The notes under the pieces are model-generated. The model worked only from the letters and a program-made list of their open reading frames with translations, was not told where the DNA came from and made no database searches. A DNA stretch of 64,000 nucleotides, from contig JBJHBH010000003.1 in NCBI GenBank assembly GCA_050485365.1, positions 4,127-68,126 on the forward strand, written 5' to 3'. The DNA is from Desulfuromonadales bacterium (lineage in GTDB: Bacteria > Desulfobacterota > Desulfuromonadia > Desulfuromonadales > JACZKF01). The position numbers were made by a program, and so were the translations under genes. Below are positions 43,829-54,165 of the stretch, piece after piece; position 1 is the first letter of the stretch, and each line of letters starts with the position of its first letter.

Positions 43829-43918
43829 TCATAACCCCTCCCGACCTCCCCTTGAGTCAAGGGGAGGAGAAAGGGGATTCCCCCTCTTAAGTTAAGAGGG
43901 GGTCAGGGGGAGTTATGA
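43829..43918. mobile_element. MITE-like palindromic element with 18-nt terminal inverted repeats
   Basis: TCATAACCCCTCCCGACC (43829-43846) matches the reverse complement of 43901-43918 at 15 of 18 positions. Internal hairpins are CCTCCCCTTG-AGT-CAAGGGGAGG and CCCCCTCTTA-AGT-TAAGAGGGGG. Confidence 0.45.
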
Positions 43919-43961
43919 CAGATTCCGGAGACAGCATGTTTGCACCCCAAGGAGCAAAAAA

Positions 43962-45455
43962 ATGACTCACACCAACATCCTGAAGCCTTTCGATCTGCAC
44001 AACGCCAAGGGCGGCACCCTCGCCGTCCGCTCCCCCATCGACGGGGCGCTCCTCGCCGAGGTCGCCGAGAACACCCCCGAAGAGATGGCCGCCATGATCG
44101 CCAAGGCGAGCGCCGCCTTCGACAGCTGGCGTGCGGTGCCGGCGCCGAGGCGCGGCGAGCTGGTGCGCCTCCTCGGCGAGGAGCTGCGCGCGTCGAAGGA
44201 AGATCTCGGCCGCCTCGTCTCGCTGGAGGTCGGCAAGATCTACCAGGAGGGGCTCGGCGAGGTGCAGGAGATGATCGACATCTGCGACTTCGCCGTCGGC
44301 CTGTCGCGCCAGCTCTACGGTCTCACCATCGCCTCGGAGCGCCCGGGGCACCGCATGATGGAGTCGTGGCATCCCATCGGGACGTGCGGGGTCATCTCGG
44401 CCTTCAACTTCCCCGTCGCGGTGTGGGCGTGGAACACGGCCCTGGCGCTGGTGTGCGGCAACCCCGTGATCTGGAAGCCCTCGGAGAAGACGCCGCTGGG
44501 CGCCCTGGCCTCGATGAAGATCTTCGAGCGGGCTCTGGCGCGCTTCGGCGACGCCCCCGAAGGGCTTGCGCAGCTCGCCATCGGCGGGCGCGAGCTCGGC
44601 GAGGCCCTCGTCGCCAGCCCCGACGTCCCGGTCATCTCGGCGACGGGCTCCACGGCCATGGGGCGCGCCGTCGGGATCAAGGTGGCCGAGCGCTTCGGCC
44701 GCTCCATCCTGGAGCTCGGCGGCAACAACGCCATGATCGTCGCCCCCTCGGCCGATCTGGAGATGGCGGTGCGCGCCATCGTCTTCTCGGCGGTCGGCAC
44801 CTGCGGGCAGCGCTGCACCTCCCTTCGCCGCCTCATCGTCCACAGCGATATCGCCTCGACGCTCCTGCCGCGCATCCGTCAGGCGTACGCGTCGGTCCCC
44901 ATCGGCGACCCCCTCGAAAACGGCAGCCTCATCGGCCCCCTCATCGACGCCCAGGCCTACGAGGCGATGCAGGACGCCCTCGATCAGGCCCGCGCCGACG
45001 GCGGCAAGGTCTACGGCGGCGAGCGCATCCTTCAGGACCGCTACCCCGACGCCTACTACGTCAGGCCCGCCATCGTGGAGATGCCCGCCCAGACCGAGGT
45101 CGTCAAGCACGAGACCTTCGCCCCCATCCTCTACGTGCTGACCTACGACACCCTCAAGGAGGCGATCGCGCTGCAGAACGGCGTCCCCCAGGGGCTCTCC
45201 TCGTGCATCTTCTCCAACGACGTGCGCGAGACCGAGGCGTTTTTCAGCGCCACCGGCTCCGACTGCGGCATCGCGAACGTCAACATCGGCCCCTCGGGGG
45301 CCGAGATCGGCGGCGCTTTCGGCGGAGAGAAGGAGACCGGCGGGGGACGCGAGTCGGGCTCCGATTCGTGGAAGGCCTACATGCGCCGACAGACCAACAC
45401 CATCAACTACTCCAGCGATCTCCCCCTCGCGCAGGGGATCAAGTTCACGATCTGA
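43962..45455 (+). CDS. ALDH7-type aldehyde dehydrogenase (piperideine-6-carboxylate / aminoadipate-semialdehyde dehydrogenase-like)
   Basis: LELGGNNAMIV and FSAVGTCGQRCTSLRRL match the ALDH7 catalytic-region pattern (ELGGNNA..GTAGQRCT). 497 aa. Confidence 0.8.
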   Translation: MTHTNILKPFDLHNAKGGTLAVRSPIDGALLAEVAENTPEEMAAMIAKASAAFDSWRAVPAPRRGELVRLLGEELRASKEDLGRLVSLEVGKIYQEGLGEVQEMIDICDFAVGLSRQLYGLTIASERPGHRMMESWHPIGTCGVISAFNFPVAVWAWNTALALVCGNPVIWKPSEKTPLGALASMKIFERALARFGDAPEGLAQLAIGGRELGEALVASPDVPVISATGSTAMGRAVGIKVAERFGRSILELGGNNAMIVAPSADLEMAVRAIVFSAVGTCGQRCTSLRRLIVHSDIASTLLPRIRQAYASVPIGDPLENGSLIGPLIDAQAYEAMQDALDQARADGGKVYGGERILQDRYPDAYYVRPAIVEMPAQTEVVKHETFAPILYVLTYDTLKEAIALQNGVPQGLSSCIFSNDVRETEAFFSATGSDCGIANVNIGPSGAEIGGAFGGEKETGGGRESGSDSWKAYMRRQTNTINYSSDLPLAQGIKFTI

Positions 45456-45530
45456 TCCGTCTCCTCTCCTCCATTCCCCTCTTCCCCTCCGAATGCCGGG
45501 GCGGGGAAGAGGGGCTGACCGAAAAAGAGC

Positions 45531-45651
45531 GTACTGTTCGCCGAAGGAGTCTCGGGGCGCCGCGCAGAGGGTGTCCGGCGCCCGGATGGCGCCGGCCAAG
45601 CCCCAGGGATGGGTTCATGCGTCCCTCGGAGCGGGGGGCGCGAGACCCTTC
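45531..45651. repeat. Structured intergenic repeat, copy C (subfamily 2)
   Basis: It shares the core AGGGTGTCYGGCGCC..GGCGCC..CAAGC with copies A and B. It aligns along its whole length with 58376-58499. Its outer stem is GTCTCGGGGCGCC / GGCGCGAGAC. Confidence 0.6.
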
Positions 45652-45735
45652 GCACGGCGGGTGGATCGCTAACAGCAAGGGCTCGTTCCCTGAACGGGAC
45701 TCGTCCGTCTGAGCGCCCCGCGCCTCATCACAGGT

Positions 45736-48700
45736 ATGCAAACCGAGGAAAGTCCGATGAACGAGACAGCGAAAAAAACCTTGTCCGCCGAGGTGTTGCG
45801 AGAGATCGACGCCTGCTGCGGCCAGGCGGGGGAGAACCTGCGGTGGCTGATGGAGAAGATGAACGCCTACTTCGCCATCACCATGCAGGACGAGCCCCAG
45901 GCGATCACCGCCCTCGCCCTGCGCCTTCAGCACCTGCGTCTGGAAGATCATCTCGTTCTGGCCGAGCGCGAAAACCGCCTGATGCTCGCCAAACCCAACC
46001 GGCTCGGCTCCCTCTACGCCACCCTTCGCTCGTTGCGGGGGCGCGAAATTTCGTACGCGCAGTTCACCCAGTCCTACGGGGCGATCCCCGGGCTCGACGA
46101 GGAGCTCGAAGTCCAGCGCTTCGACTTCGACCGCAAATCCCACGAAGAGATCGCCTCGGCCGGTGAGGTGACGATCCCCCAGGGGATCCGCCGCGCCGTC
46201 AGGGCGTCGCTCGCGAGCACTACGGGCAGATCGACGCGCGGCCGTTCGATCACCTTCTGCGCCTGCTGTGGCTCAACAACGAAAACTACGTGCGCATCTC
46301 TCCCCCCAAGCGGGTCGCCCAGGTCCTCTGGATGTATCACCAGAGCAACCTGCACGGGGGGATCTTCTTCGATACCGAGAAATCGGCGGACGCCGAGTAC
46401 GAGTACGGCCGGGAGTGCCGCATCATGTTCGCGGCGGGCAATCCTCCCGAATACGACTTTCTCACCCAGATCATGGAGGTCTTCAACCGCCTGCAGATCG
46501 GCGTCAGGCGCGCCTACTGTCTCACCATCAGCAACGGCGTCCACCCCTATTTCTTCGGCACCTTCTACATCCGCCTGCGATACGACGAGCTCGTCGACAA
46601 AAACTCCGACCTTTACAAGAGTCTGCGCGCCGAGCTCTACAACACCCAGATCCTCTCCACCGCCAAGCGCAGCTACCGCGCCTTCGTCACCGGAGGGGTG
46701 ATGACGGGGGAGGCCGTCTCGCTGGTCAACGCCATGATGGCCTTCTGCCACACGAATCTGGCCCACAATCAGCCCGACCGCTTCGGCTTCGAAGACGTCG
46801 AGAGGGCCTTTCTGTGCCACCCGCAGATGACGCACGCCCTGGTGCGCCTCTTCGAGGCGCGCTTCGACCCGGAGATCGCCGAGCGCGCCCCCCTCTACGA
46901 AAAGAGCCTCGAGGAGGTCGCCGCCGACATCGACAACTACAACACCGGCTACCGCTCCCTCGACCGGATACGCCGCACCATCTATCGCTGCGCGCTCCTC
47001 TTCATCACCCACACCCTCAAGACGAACTTCTTCGTCCCCGAGAAGCAGGCCCTCGCCTTCCGCCTCGATCCGGCCTACCTCGAAGCCCTCGGCAGCGAGT
47101 TCACCGCCGACCTGCCACCGGAGCGCCCCTTCCGAGTGACCTTCTTTTTCGGCCGCCACGGCGCCGGCTACCACATCGGCTTTTCGGACATCGCCCGCGG
47201 CGGATGGCGCACGGTGCTGGCCCACGGCTGGGACGATTTCGTCAGCAACGCCGGCACCATCTTCCGCGAGAACTACGTCCTTGCGCACACACAACACCTC
47301 AAGAACAAGGACGTCTACGAGGGGGGCTCGAAGATGGTCGTCCTCCTCAACGCCGTCGACTTGAAGAACAAAGAGCTCGTCACCCGGCGCCTCTACAAGC
47401 TGCAGTTCGGCTTCATCAACGCCTTCTTCGACATCTTCGTCACGGAGAACGGCCGCGCCAAAGATCCCCGCGTCGTCGACTACTACGGCGAAGACGAGGC
47501 GATCGAGCTCGGCCCGGACGAGAACATGCACGACAGCATGGTCGAGCTGATCGCCCGCCAGTCGGTGAGGCGCGGCTATCTGCTGGGCATCGGCGTCATC
47601 TCCAGCAAGAAGGCGGGGATCAATCACAAGGAGTTCGGCGTCACCTCGACGGGGGTCGTCAAGTTCGCCGAAATCGCCATGGAGGAGCTCGGGATCGACG
47701 TCCGCCGCGACCCCTTCAGCGTCAAGTTCACCGGCGGCCCCGGCGGCGACGTGGCGGGGAATGCCATGCGTCTTCTGTTAGAGCGCTCTCCCGACGTGAG
47801 GATCAAGCTGATCCTCGACGGCACGGGGGCTCTGCACGACCCGGACGGCGCCGACCGCGCGGCGCTGGAGCGCATCGTGCTGCAAAGCGACATCGAGGCC
47901 TTCGACGCGCAGGCGCTGCACCCGGGGGGCTTCATCCTCTACCGCAACGTGCGCCGCACCGACGGGCTCAGGGAGCTCTATAAGAAGGTGCGCCGCACCG
48001 ACGAGGGGCTGCTCGAAGAGTGGATCACCGGCGACGAGTTTAACCGCACCTTCAACAATCTCATCTTCACCGTCGACGCCGACCTCTTCATCCCCGCCGG
48101 CGGACGCCCCGAGACGGTGGACGAGAGCAACTGGCAAAAATTCTTCGACGCCGGGGGGAAGGCGTCGATGCGGGCGGTGGTCGAGGGGGCCAACTCCTTC
48201 ATCACCCCGCCGGCCCGGGCCGAGCTGCAAAAGAAGGGGGTCATCGTCCTTCGCGATTCTTCGGCCAACAAGTGCGGCGTCATTTCGAGCTCGTACGAGA
48301 TCATCGCCAACCTGCTGATGAGCGAGAAGGAGCTCTTCGCCAACAAGGAGCGCTACGTCGCCGACGTGCTGAAAATCCTCGAACAGCGCGCCGAAGACGA
48401 GGCACGGCTGATCTTCAGGCGCCGAAGCGACAGCGGCGGCGCGCTCCTCTACACCGAGATCTCGGCCCGGATCAGCGCCGAAATCAACGCCCACTATGCC
48501 AAGCTCTTCAGCTATTTCCAGAAGCACCCCGAGTCGGCGGACGATCCGCAGATGCGTAAGGCCATCCTCGCGCATCTGCCCGAGATGATTCGCGAAGTGC
48601 CGAAGTTTCGCAACCGGATCAAGACGCTCCCCGCCAAATACATCGCCGCGATTCTGGCGGGGGAGATCGCCTCGTCGATGGTCTACAGGGGCGATCAGGA

Positions 48701-48758
48701 GGCCAACTTCGTCGACATGTTCAAGGGGCACCTGCGCCGCTGCAGCCGCGAGCCATGA
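45736..48758 (+). pseudogene. Large NAD-glutamate-dehydrogenase-like gene interrupted by a 1-nt frameshift near 46202
   Basis: The frame of ORF 45736.. is protein-like up to ..IPQGIRRAV. The frame of ORF 46290.. is open and protein-like from 46167 (..VAREHYGQIDARPFDHLLRLLWLNNENYVRISPP). One extra G in the GGG run at 46202-46204 would fuse them into about 1007 aa. Downstream motifs are ARGGWR, GGSK and GGPGGDVAGN. Confidence 0.6.
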
Positions 48759-48871
48759 GCAATGCCCAGCGCGTTCCGCCAATCTTGACGCGCATCATTT
48801 TTCTGCGGCCGCGCCGATGGTAAAAAGCGTCGGACAATGACAGAGCTCTTGCTCAAAATAAGAGGTCCATC

Positions 48872-49711
48872 ATGCTCGAAGCAGTTCTCAGTCTCGGCGG
48901 GATCGGCCTGAGCGCCGCCCTCATCCTCGGAATCCTCGCCAAGAAATTCGCCGTGGAGGTCGACCCGCGCGAGGCGGCGATCACCGACATCCTCCCCTCC
49001 GCCAACTGCGGCGCCTGCGGTTATCCCGGCTGCGGCGCCTACGCCAAGGCGGTGTCGGGCGGGGCCGCGGCGATCAATCTGTGCACTCCCGGCGGGCAGC
49101 AGGCGATCTCGGAGATGGCCCGCATCCTCGGGGTGACGGCCATCGGCATGGAGGCGCAGGTGGCGGTCGTCTTGTGCCAGGGGGACAACGAGAAGGCCAC
49201 GTCCAAATACCGCTATCTCGGCATCGAGGACTGCAACGCCGCCCAGCGGTTGGCGGGGGGACCCAAGGAGTGCCCCGGAGGGTGCCTCGGGCTCGGCACC
49301 TGCGCCCGCGTCTGCCCCTTTGACGCCATCGAGATGACCTCCAAGGGGCTGGCGGTGATCAGTCGCGACAAATGCACCGGCTGCAAGAAGTGCGTCGCGG
49401 CCTGCCCCCGAGACGTCATCCGCATGACCCCGGCCTCGAACACCGTCCACGTCCTGTGCAACAGCCGCGACAAGGGGGCGAAGGTGCGCAAATATTCCAA
49501 GACGGGGTGCATCGCCTGCAACATCTGCGTCAAGGTCGCCCCGGGAGCCTATGTGGTGGAGGAGAATCTGGCGCGGGTGATCTACGAAGAGGGGGCCGAG
49601 GCCAAAGCTGCCATGGAGAAATGCCCGACCAAGTGCATCCGCGATTTCAGCGAAGCCTACCCCGACGGAAGCACGTTCAAGCCGCAAAGGCAGAAAAAGG
49701 AATCGACGTGA
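48872..49711 (+). CDS. rnfB: RnfB-type iron-sulfur protein
   Basis: An N-terminal TM helix, then ANCGACGYPGCGAYAKAV..NLCTPGG and several CxxCxxCxxxCP ferredoxin motifs. Confidence 0.8.
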   Translation: MLEAVLSLGGIGLSAALILGILAKKFAVEVDPREAAITDILPSANCGACGYPGCGAYAKAVSGGAAAINLCTPGGQQAISEMARILGVTAIGMEAQVAVVLCQGDNEKATSKYRYLGIEDCNAAQRLAGGPKECPGGCLGLGTCARVCPFDAIEMTSKGLAVISRDKCTGCKKCVAACPRDVIRMTPASNTVHVLCNSRDKGAKVRKYSKTGCIACNICVKVAPGAYVVEENLARVIYEEGAEAKAAMEKCPTKCIRDFSEAYPDGSTFKPQRQKKEST

Positions 49712-49726
49712 CAGGGACCGGTACAC

Positions 49727-49774
49727 CCCCCTCACCCGCCCTTCGGGCACCTTCTCCCTGAGGGAGAGGGGAGG
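49727..49774. repeat. Double-hairpin GC-rich repeat
   Basis: CCCCTCACCCGCCCTTCGGGCACCTTCTCCCTGAGGGAGAGGGGAGG, in the rnfB-rnfC spacer. Confidence 0.5.
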
Positions 49775-49788
49775 CGCAAGTACAGCTT

Positions 49789-51099
49789 ATGAAACTCAAG
49801 ACGTTTCCCGGCGGGCTGCATCCACCGGACAACAAGGAGTGGTCGGCCCACAAGGCGATCGAGGAATGCCCCCTCCCCGAGGAGCTCGTCATCCCTTTGT
49901 CGCAGCATATCGGCGCACCCGCGGAAGTCTGCGTCGGCAAAGGGGACCGGGTCAGACGGGGGGAGGTGATCGGGCGGGCCAAAGGGTTCGTCTCGGCGCC
50001 GATGCACGCCTCGACTTCCGGGGAGGTGGTCGCCGTCGAGCCGCGACCGCACCCCACCGGCTTCTCGGTCCCGTCGGTGGTGATCCGTCCCGACGGCGAG
50101 GATCTTTGGGTCGACGGGATCGGCGAGGCCGATCCGGAGAGATTGACTGCGGCCGAGATCCTAGAGCGCATCCGGGCCGCCGGCGTCGTCGGCAAGGGGG
50201 GCGCGACCTTCCCCACCCACGTCAAGCTGAGCCCTCCGCCCGAGAAGAAGATCGATACCCTCATCATCAACGGCGTGGAGTGCGAGCCGTATCTCACCGC
50301 CGACCACCGCCTCATGGTGGAGGAGGCCGAGCGCGTCTTCGACGGGATCGACGCCTTTCGCAAAGCGCTCGGAGTGAGGCGGACGCTGATCGGCATCGAG
50401 TCGAACAAGCCCGACGCCATCGAGCTGATGACCCGCAAGGGGGCGCCCCTCGGGATGGAGATCTTCCCCCTGAAGATCCGCTACCCGCAGGGGGGAGAGA
50501 AGCAGCTCATCTTCGCGCTCACCGGGCGCGAGGTCCCCAACGGCTCCCTGCCGATGGATGTCGGGGTGATCGTGCAGAACGTCGCCACCGCCGCCGCCGT
50601 GAGCGATGCGGTACGTTTCGGCGCGCCGCTCATCGAGCGCATCGTCACCGTCACCGGCCCCGCCGTGGCCGAGCCGAAGAACCTGCGGGTGCGCATCGGC
50701 ACCCCCTACACTCATCTGATCGCGCAGTGCGGCGGCCTTTCGGGCGATCCGGCCAAGATCATCATGGGGGGGCCCATGATGGGGACCGCGCAGCTCTCGC
50801 TGGAGGTGCCGGTGACGCGCGGCGCATCGGGGGTCGTCCTCTTCACCGAAGGGGACATCCCCCTCGTCAAGGAGGGGCCGTGCATCCGCTGCGGGCGCTG
50901 CGTTCGGGTGTGCCCGGCGCGCATCGTGCCGACCGCCGTTGCCGCCTACGCGCGCCTCGACATGCACGAGGCGGGCGAGAAGCTCCACGCCACCGCCTGC
51001 ATCGAGTGCGGCTGCTGCACCTACATCTGCCCCTCGGCCATCCCCCTGGTCCAGGCGATCCGACAGACCAAGGCGGTCATCGCCGCCAGGCGCAGATGA
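49789..51099 (+). CDS. rnfC: RnfC-type NADH-binding/iron-sulfur subunit
   Basis: MKLKTFPGGLHPPDNKE.., GKGGATFPTHVKL, INGVECEPYLTADHRLM, and two 4Fe-4S motifs CIRCGRCVRVCP and CIECGCCTYICP. Confidence 0.8.
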   Translation: MKLKTFPGGLHPPDNKEWSAHKAIEECPLPEELVIPLSQHIGAPAEVCVGKGDRVRRGEVIGRAKGFVSAPMHASTSGEVVAVEPRPHPTGFSVPSVVIRPDGEDLWVDGIGEADPERLTAAEILERIRAAGVVGKGGATFPTHVKLSPPPEKKIDTLIINGVECEPYLTADHRLMVEEAERVFDGIDAFRKALGVRRTLIGIESNKPDAIELMTRKGAPLGMEIFPLKIRYPQGGEKQLIFALTGREVPNGSLPMDVGVIVQNVATAAAVSDAVRFGAPLIERIVTVTGPAVAEPKNLRVRIGTPYTHLIAQCGGLSGDPAKIIMGGPMMGTAQLSLEVPVTRGASGVVLFTEGDIPLVKEGPCIRCGRCVRVCPARIVPTAVAAYARLDMHEAGEKLHATACIECGCCTYICPSAIPLVQAIRQTKAVIAARRR

Positions 51100-51132
51100 A
51101 CCACCTCGAAGCCCGGCCTGATCCTTCCATTT

Positions 51133-52389
51133 TCAGGCCGCACCCCCATCTCTAGTGCTCGCCTCCCCTCCCCTCTCGCGGCGCCCCGCCCACACGAACC
51201 AGACGACGGCCGCCGCCTGCAGCAGCAAAACGGCTCCGAACCCCGCCCGATATCCGGAAGGATGGTAGCCCCCCGCGGCCGTCTCGGGCCACAGGCCGAT
51301 GATCGCCCCAATGGCCCATTGGGCCAGGAAGGCGCCGAGAAAGCACGGCATGTTCAGAGCGGTGTTGGCGCGCCCCGCCAGATGTTTAGGGAATGTCTGG
51401 GAGAGGATGGCGTAGGGGAGGATGCAGGCGGTCCCGCCGAATCCGAAGAGAAACCAAAGCAGCGCCGGCGGCAGGAAGGCGTTCCAGATCACAAGGGCCT
51501 GCACGACCATGAAGGCTCCCATGGCCCAGATCACCACCGTCATCGGAGGGATCCCCCGCAGCGCGAGGCGTTCGGTCAGTAGGCCGTAGAAGAAGTAGCC
51601 GATCACCATCGCCACCGACAGGACCAGAAGGGTGAAGGCGACGTCGGCGCGCTCCAACCCCGCCATGTCGCGCAGCCAGGGGCCGGCCCACAGCCCGGGG
51701 ATCGCCAGAAAGGCGGACTGGGCGAGGATCGCCAGCGGCGCGATGCGCCAGAACGCCCGGCTGGTGTAGACGGTGCGCACCCCCGTCAGTTGCTCGGCCA
51801 GAGACTCCCCCGTCGGTTTTTCATGGGCGCGCGGGACGACGAAGTAGATGACGGCGGCGGAGAGGAGCGTGAGGGCGCTCAGCCCCAAAAAGACGCCGCG
51901 CCAGTCGATGACGTGCAGGGCGGCCTCCACCGGCGCGGTGGCGAAGAGCGCCCCCATCCCCCCCGAAACCATCTGGATGCCGTTGGCCAGCGGGAGCCGC
52001 TCCGGCGGAAGCCACTGGGTGAAGGCCTTGAAGGCCGCCATCAGACAGGCCGAAACCCCGAGGCCGATGAGCGCCCTGCCGACGATGAGGGCGGCGAGAC
52101 TCTCGGCCTGCGAAAAGATGAAGGCCCCCGCGGCGGCGAACAGGAGAAGGGCGGCTTCGACCCGTCGGGGGCCGTAGCGATCGAGAAGGACCCCCAGGGG
52201 GAGCTGGAAGGCGGCGAAGGCGAGAAAGTAGGCCGAGGTCAAAAGCCCCAGCGCGGCCGGGTCGAGCCCCAGGTCCGCCACCAGATTGGGGGCGAGGACC
52301 GCGTTGACCATGCGGTAGACGTAGGAGAAGAAATAGCCCAGCGCAAAGGGGACAAAGACGCGCAGCAGTGTCGGGATCGTCAGGGGCAT
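51133..52389 (-). CDS. MFS transporter
   Basis: 12-TM pattern. The N-terminus FALGYFFSYVYRMVNAVLAPNL..LPLGVLLDRYGPRRV carries the MFS loop 2-3 motif. Confidence 0.8.
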   Translation of the reverse strand: MPLTIPTLLRVFVPFALGYFFSYVYRMVNAVLAPNLVADLGLDPAALGLLTSAYFLAFAAFQLPLGVLLDRYGPRRVEAALLLFAAAGAFIFSQAESLAALIVGRALIGLGVSACLMAAFKAFTQWLPPERLPLANGIQMVSGGMGALFATAPVEAALHVIDWRGVFLGLSALTLLSAAVIYFVVPRAHEKPTGESLAEQLTGVRTVYTSRAFWRIAPLAILAQSAFLAIPGLWAGPWLRDMAGLERADVAFTLLVLSVAMVIGYFFYGLLTERLALRGIPPMTVVIWAMGAFMVVQALVIWNAFLPPALLWFLFGFGGTACILPYAILSQTFPKHLAGRANTALNMPCFLGAFLAQWAIGAIIGLWPETAAGGYHPSGYRAGFGAVLLLQAAAVVWFVWAGRRERGGEASTRDGGAA

Positions 52390-52417
52390 GGGATCAATTC
52401 CAAAGCAAACAGCGGAG

Positions 52418-52536
52418 AGGGGTCACGGCTCACATGACAAGGGTGTCTGGCGCCATGGACGGCGCCAGTCAAGCGGCCATGGACGGCGAAAAGCGTCCCT
52501 TGACATGGGAGTTGTGACCCCATGCTGAACAGTTAC
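52418..52536. mobile_element. Structured ~120-nt repeat, copy B, flanked by a 10-bp direct duplication
   Basis: AACAGCGGAG occurs at 52408-52417 and again at 52537-52546. The enclosed 119 nt are near-identical to copy A. Its closing stem GGGGTCAC/GTGACCCC is perfect. Confidence 0.65.
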
Positions 52537-52715
52537 AACAGCGGAGCGGATGGCCGTACTGCAAAAAGGGGCAGAATCGCTTCTGCCCCTTTGATTACAT
52601 ATTCAGGTCGTTATTGCAACGATCAAGGCGCCGGGCCCTGCCCCCCTGTTCCACAGGGGGGTGGCCCAAAGGGCCGGGGGGGTCAGGTTCCCGGGGAGCC
52701 CAAGCCCCTCCCATC

Positions 52716-54107
52716 TCACATCAGGAAGATGGCGAGTATCGTCGCGACCAGCAACCCCGCCATAACCGCGATGAAGTTCCTTCGCACCAGATCGATGGGT
52801 CTGACCCCTGCAATCCCCGCATCGGCGACCACCCCGAAGGCCCAGGCGGTGAGGGTTCCGCCGCCGGCCCAGATGGCCGCGACCTGCCCGAGGGCGGCAA
52901 GGGTGGCGACGTCGACGCCGGTCGGCCCGCCCAGAGAGGCGGCGAGCGATCCGACCAGCGGCAGCCCCGAGAAGCCCGAGCCGTCGAGGCCGGTCAGCAG
53001 CCCGACGAGGACGATGCCGAAGGCCAGGGGGACGGCGCTCAAGGGGATGTTTGCGGCGAGAGCCGTTCCGAGGTCGAACATGTAGCCGGGGGTCCCTTCA
53101 CCGAGGATCGCCGCCGCGTGCCGGGGGGCGCCGAGAAAGAAGAAGCCGGCGATGGGGATGACGGGGGCGAAGACCTTGATGGCGAAGAGGAAGCCGTCGC
53201 GCAAAAACTCGACGATCTTCTCCAGCCCCTGCCCCCGGTGGTGGGTCACCGTTGAGAGCATCATCATGACGGCGGCGGCGCCGCCGAGAAGGGCCGTGGC
53301 GCTGCCCCCCCGGATCCCCGGGATGTCGGGGTCGAGATTGGATCGGACCATGATGAAGACGATGGTGAAGAAGACGAGGGGGACCAGAGCCGCGAAGATC
53401 TTGGCGTACTTGGGGTACTCTTTGGGCGCTTCGGTCTGGAGGAGCTCGGTCGATTGGGGCTTGCCGGCGAAGATCTCCTTGCGCAGCATGAAGAAGGCGA
53501 CGAGCAGCGCGACCAGACCGACGGTCCAGCCGAGCATCGCCCCCTTGGTCACGACGAGCCCGACATCGACGCCTGCGGCGCGGGCGGTGATGGCGGGCGC
53601 CCCCTGCAGGACGACGTCACCCGAGAGGGCGGCGCCGTGGCCGGCCAGGTTGAGGGCCTGCGCCGCGGCCATCGGCGAGAGGCCCGCAGCGATGGCGACG
53701 GGGATCAGGATCGTTCCGACCAGCGCGACGGCCGGCGTCGGCCAGAAAAAGGTCGATGCCAGGAACATCACCCCGGCGAGCGCCCAGAACGCGACGGACG
53801 GCTTGCGCATGAGCCGTTTGGCCGGCGCGACCATGAGGTAGTCCGCCCCCATGCTCTGCAGCGCCTTGAGCATCGCCACCATCAGCGCGATGACGAGCAT
53901 GATGTCGAAGAGCTCGGTCCCCGCCCTCTCGAGCGCCTTGAAGACCGTCTGTCCCCCGCCGACGAGGGATTCCTGGGAGATGACGCCGATCAGAAAGATC
54001 CCGGCGAGGCAGGGCAGCACCACATCTCTGCGGAAAATCATCAGCACGATTACCGTCAGAACGACCGCCAGGTAGAACCAGTGTAAAAACGTCAGCGTTG
54101 TTTCCAT
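52716..54107 (-). CDS. Polytopic membrane transporter (ion-transporter superfamily; family not resolved by eye)
   Basis: 463 aa, hydrophobic throughout, with 10 or more predicted helices. It forms an operon with the FAD oxidoreductase upstream (58-nt gap). Confidence 0.55.
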   Translation of the reverse strand: METTLTFLHWFYLAVVLTVIVLMIFRRDVVLPCLAGIFLIGVISQESLVGGGQTVFKALERAGTELFDIMLVIALMVAMLKALQSMGADYLMVAPAKRLMRKPSVAFWALAGVMFLASTFFWPTPAVALVGTILIPVAIAAGLSPMAAAQALNLAGHGAALSGDVVLQGAPAITARAAGVDVGLVVTKGAMLGWTVGLVALLVAFFMLRKEIFAGKPQSTELLQTEAPKEYPKYAKIFAALVPLVFFTIVFIMVRSNLDPDIPGIRGGSATALLGGAAAVMMMLSTVTHHRGQGLEKIVEFLRDGFLFAIKVFAPVIPIAGFFFLGAPRHAAAILGEGTPGYMFDLGTALAANIPLSAVPLAFGIVLVGLLTGLDGSGFSGLPLVGSLAASLGGPTGVDVATLAALGQVAAIWAGGGTLTAWAFGVVADAGIAGVRPIDLVRRNFIAVMAGLLVATILAIFLM

Positions 54108-54165
54108 TCTTCGTTCTCCGCAAGTCCAGGATTATCGATGTGAGACTGCCCCATATCGTGCCGTT

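Noticed and set aside
45736-48758. Two independent overlapping genes (45736-46701 and 46290-48758)
   Set aside because: The first ORF becomes nonsense-like after about residue 155. That is exactly where the second frame becomes protein-like. A single-G insertion merges them into a length typical of large NAD-GDH-like proteins, so I treat it as a frameshifted single gene.
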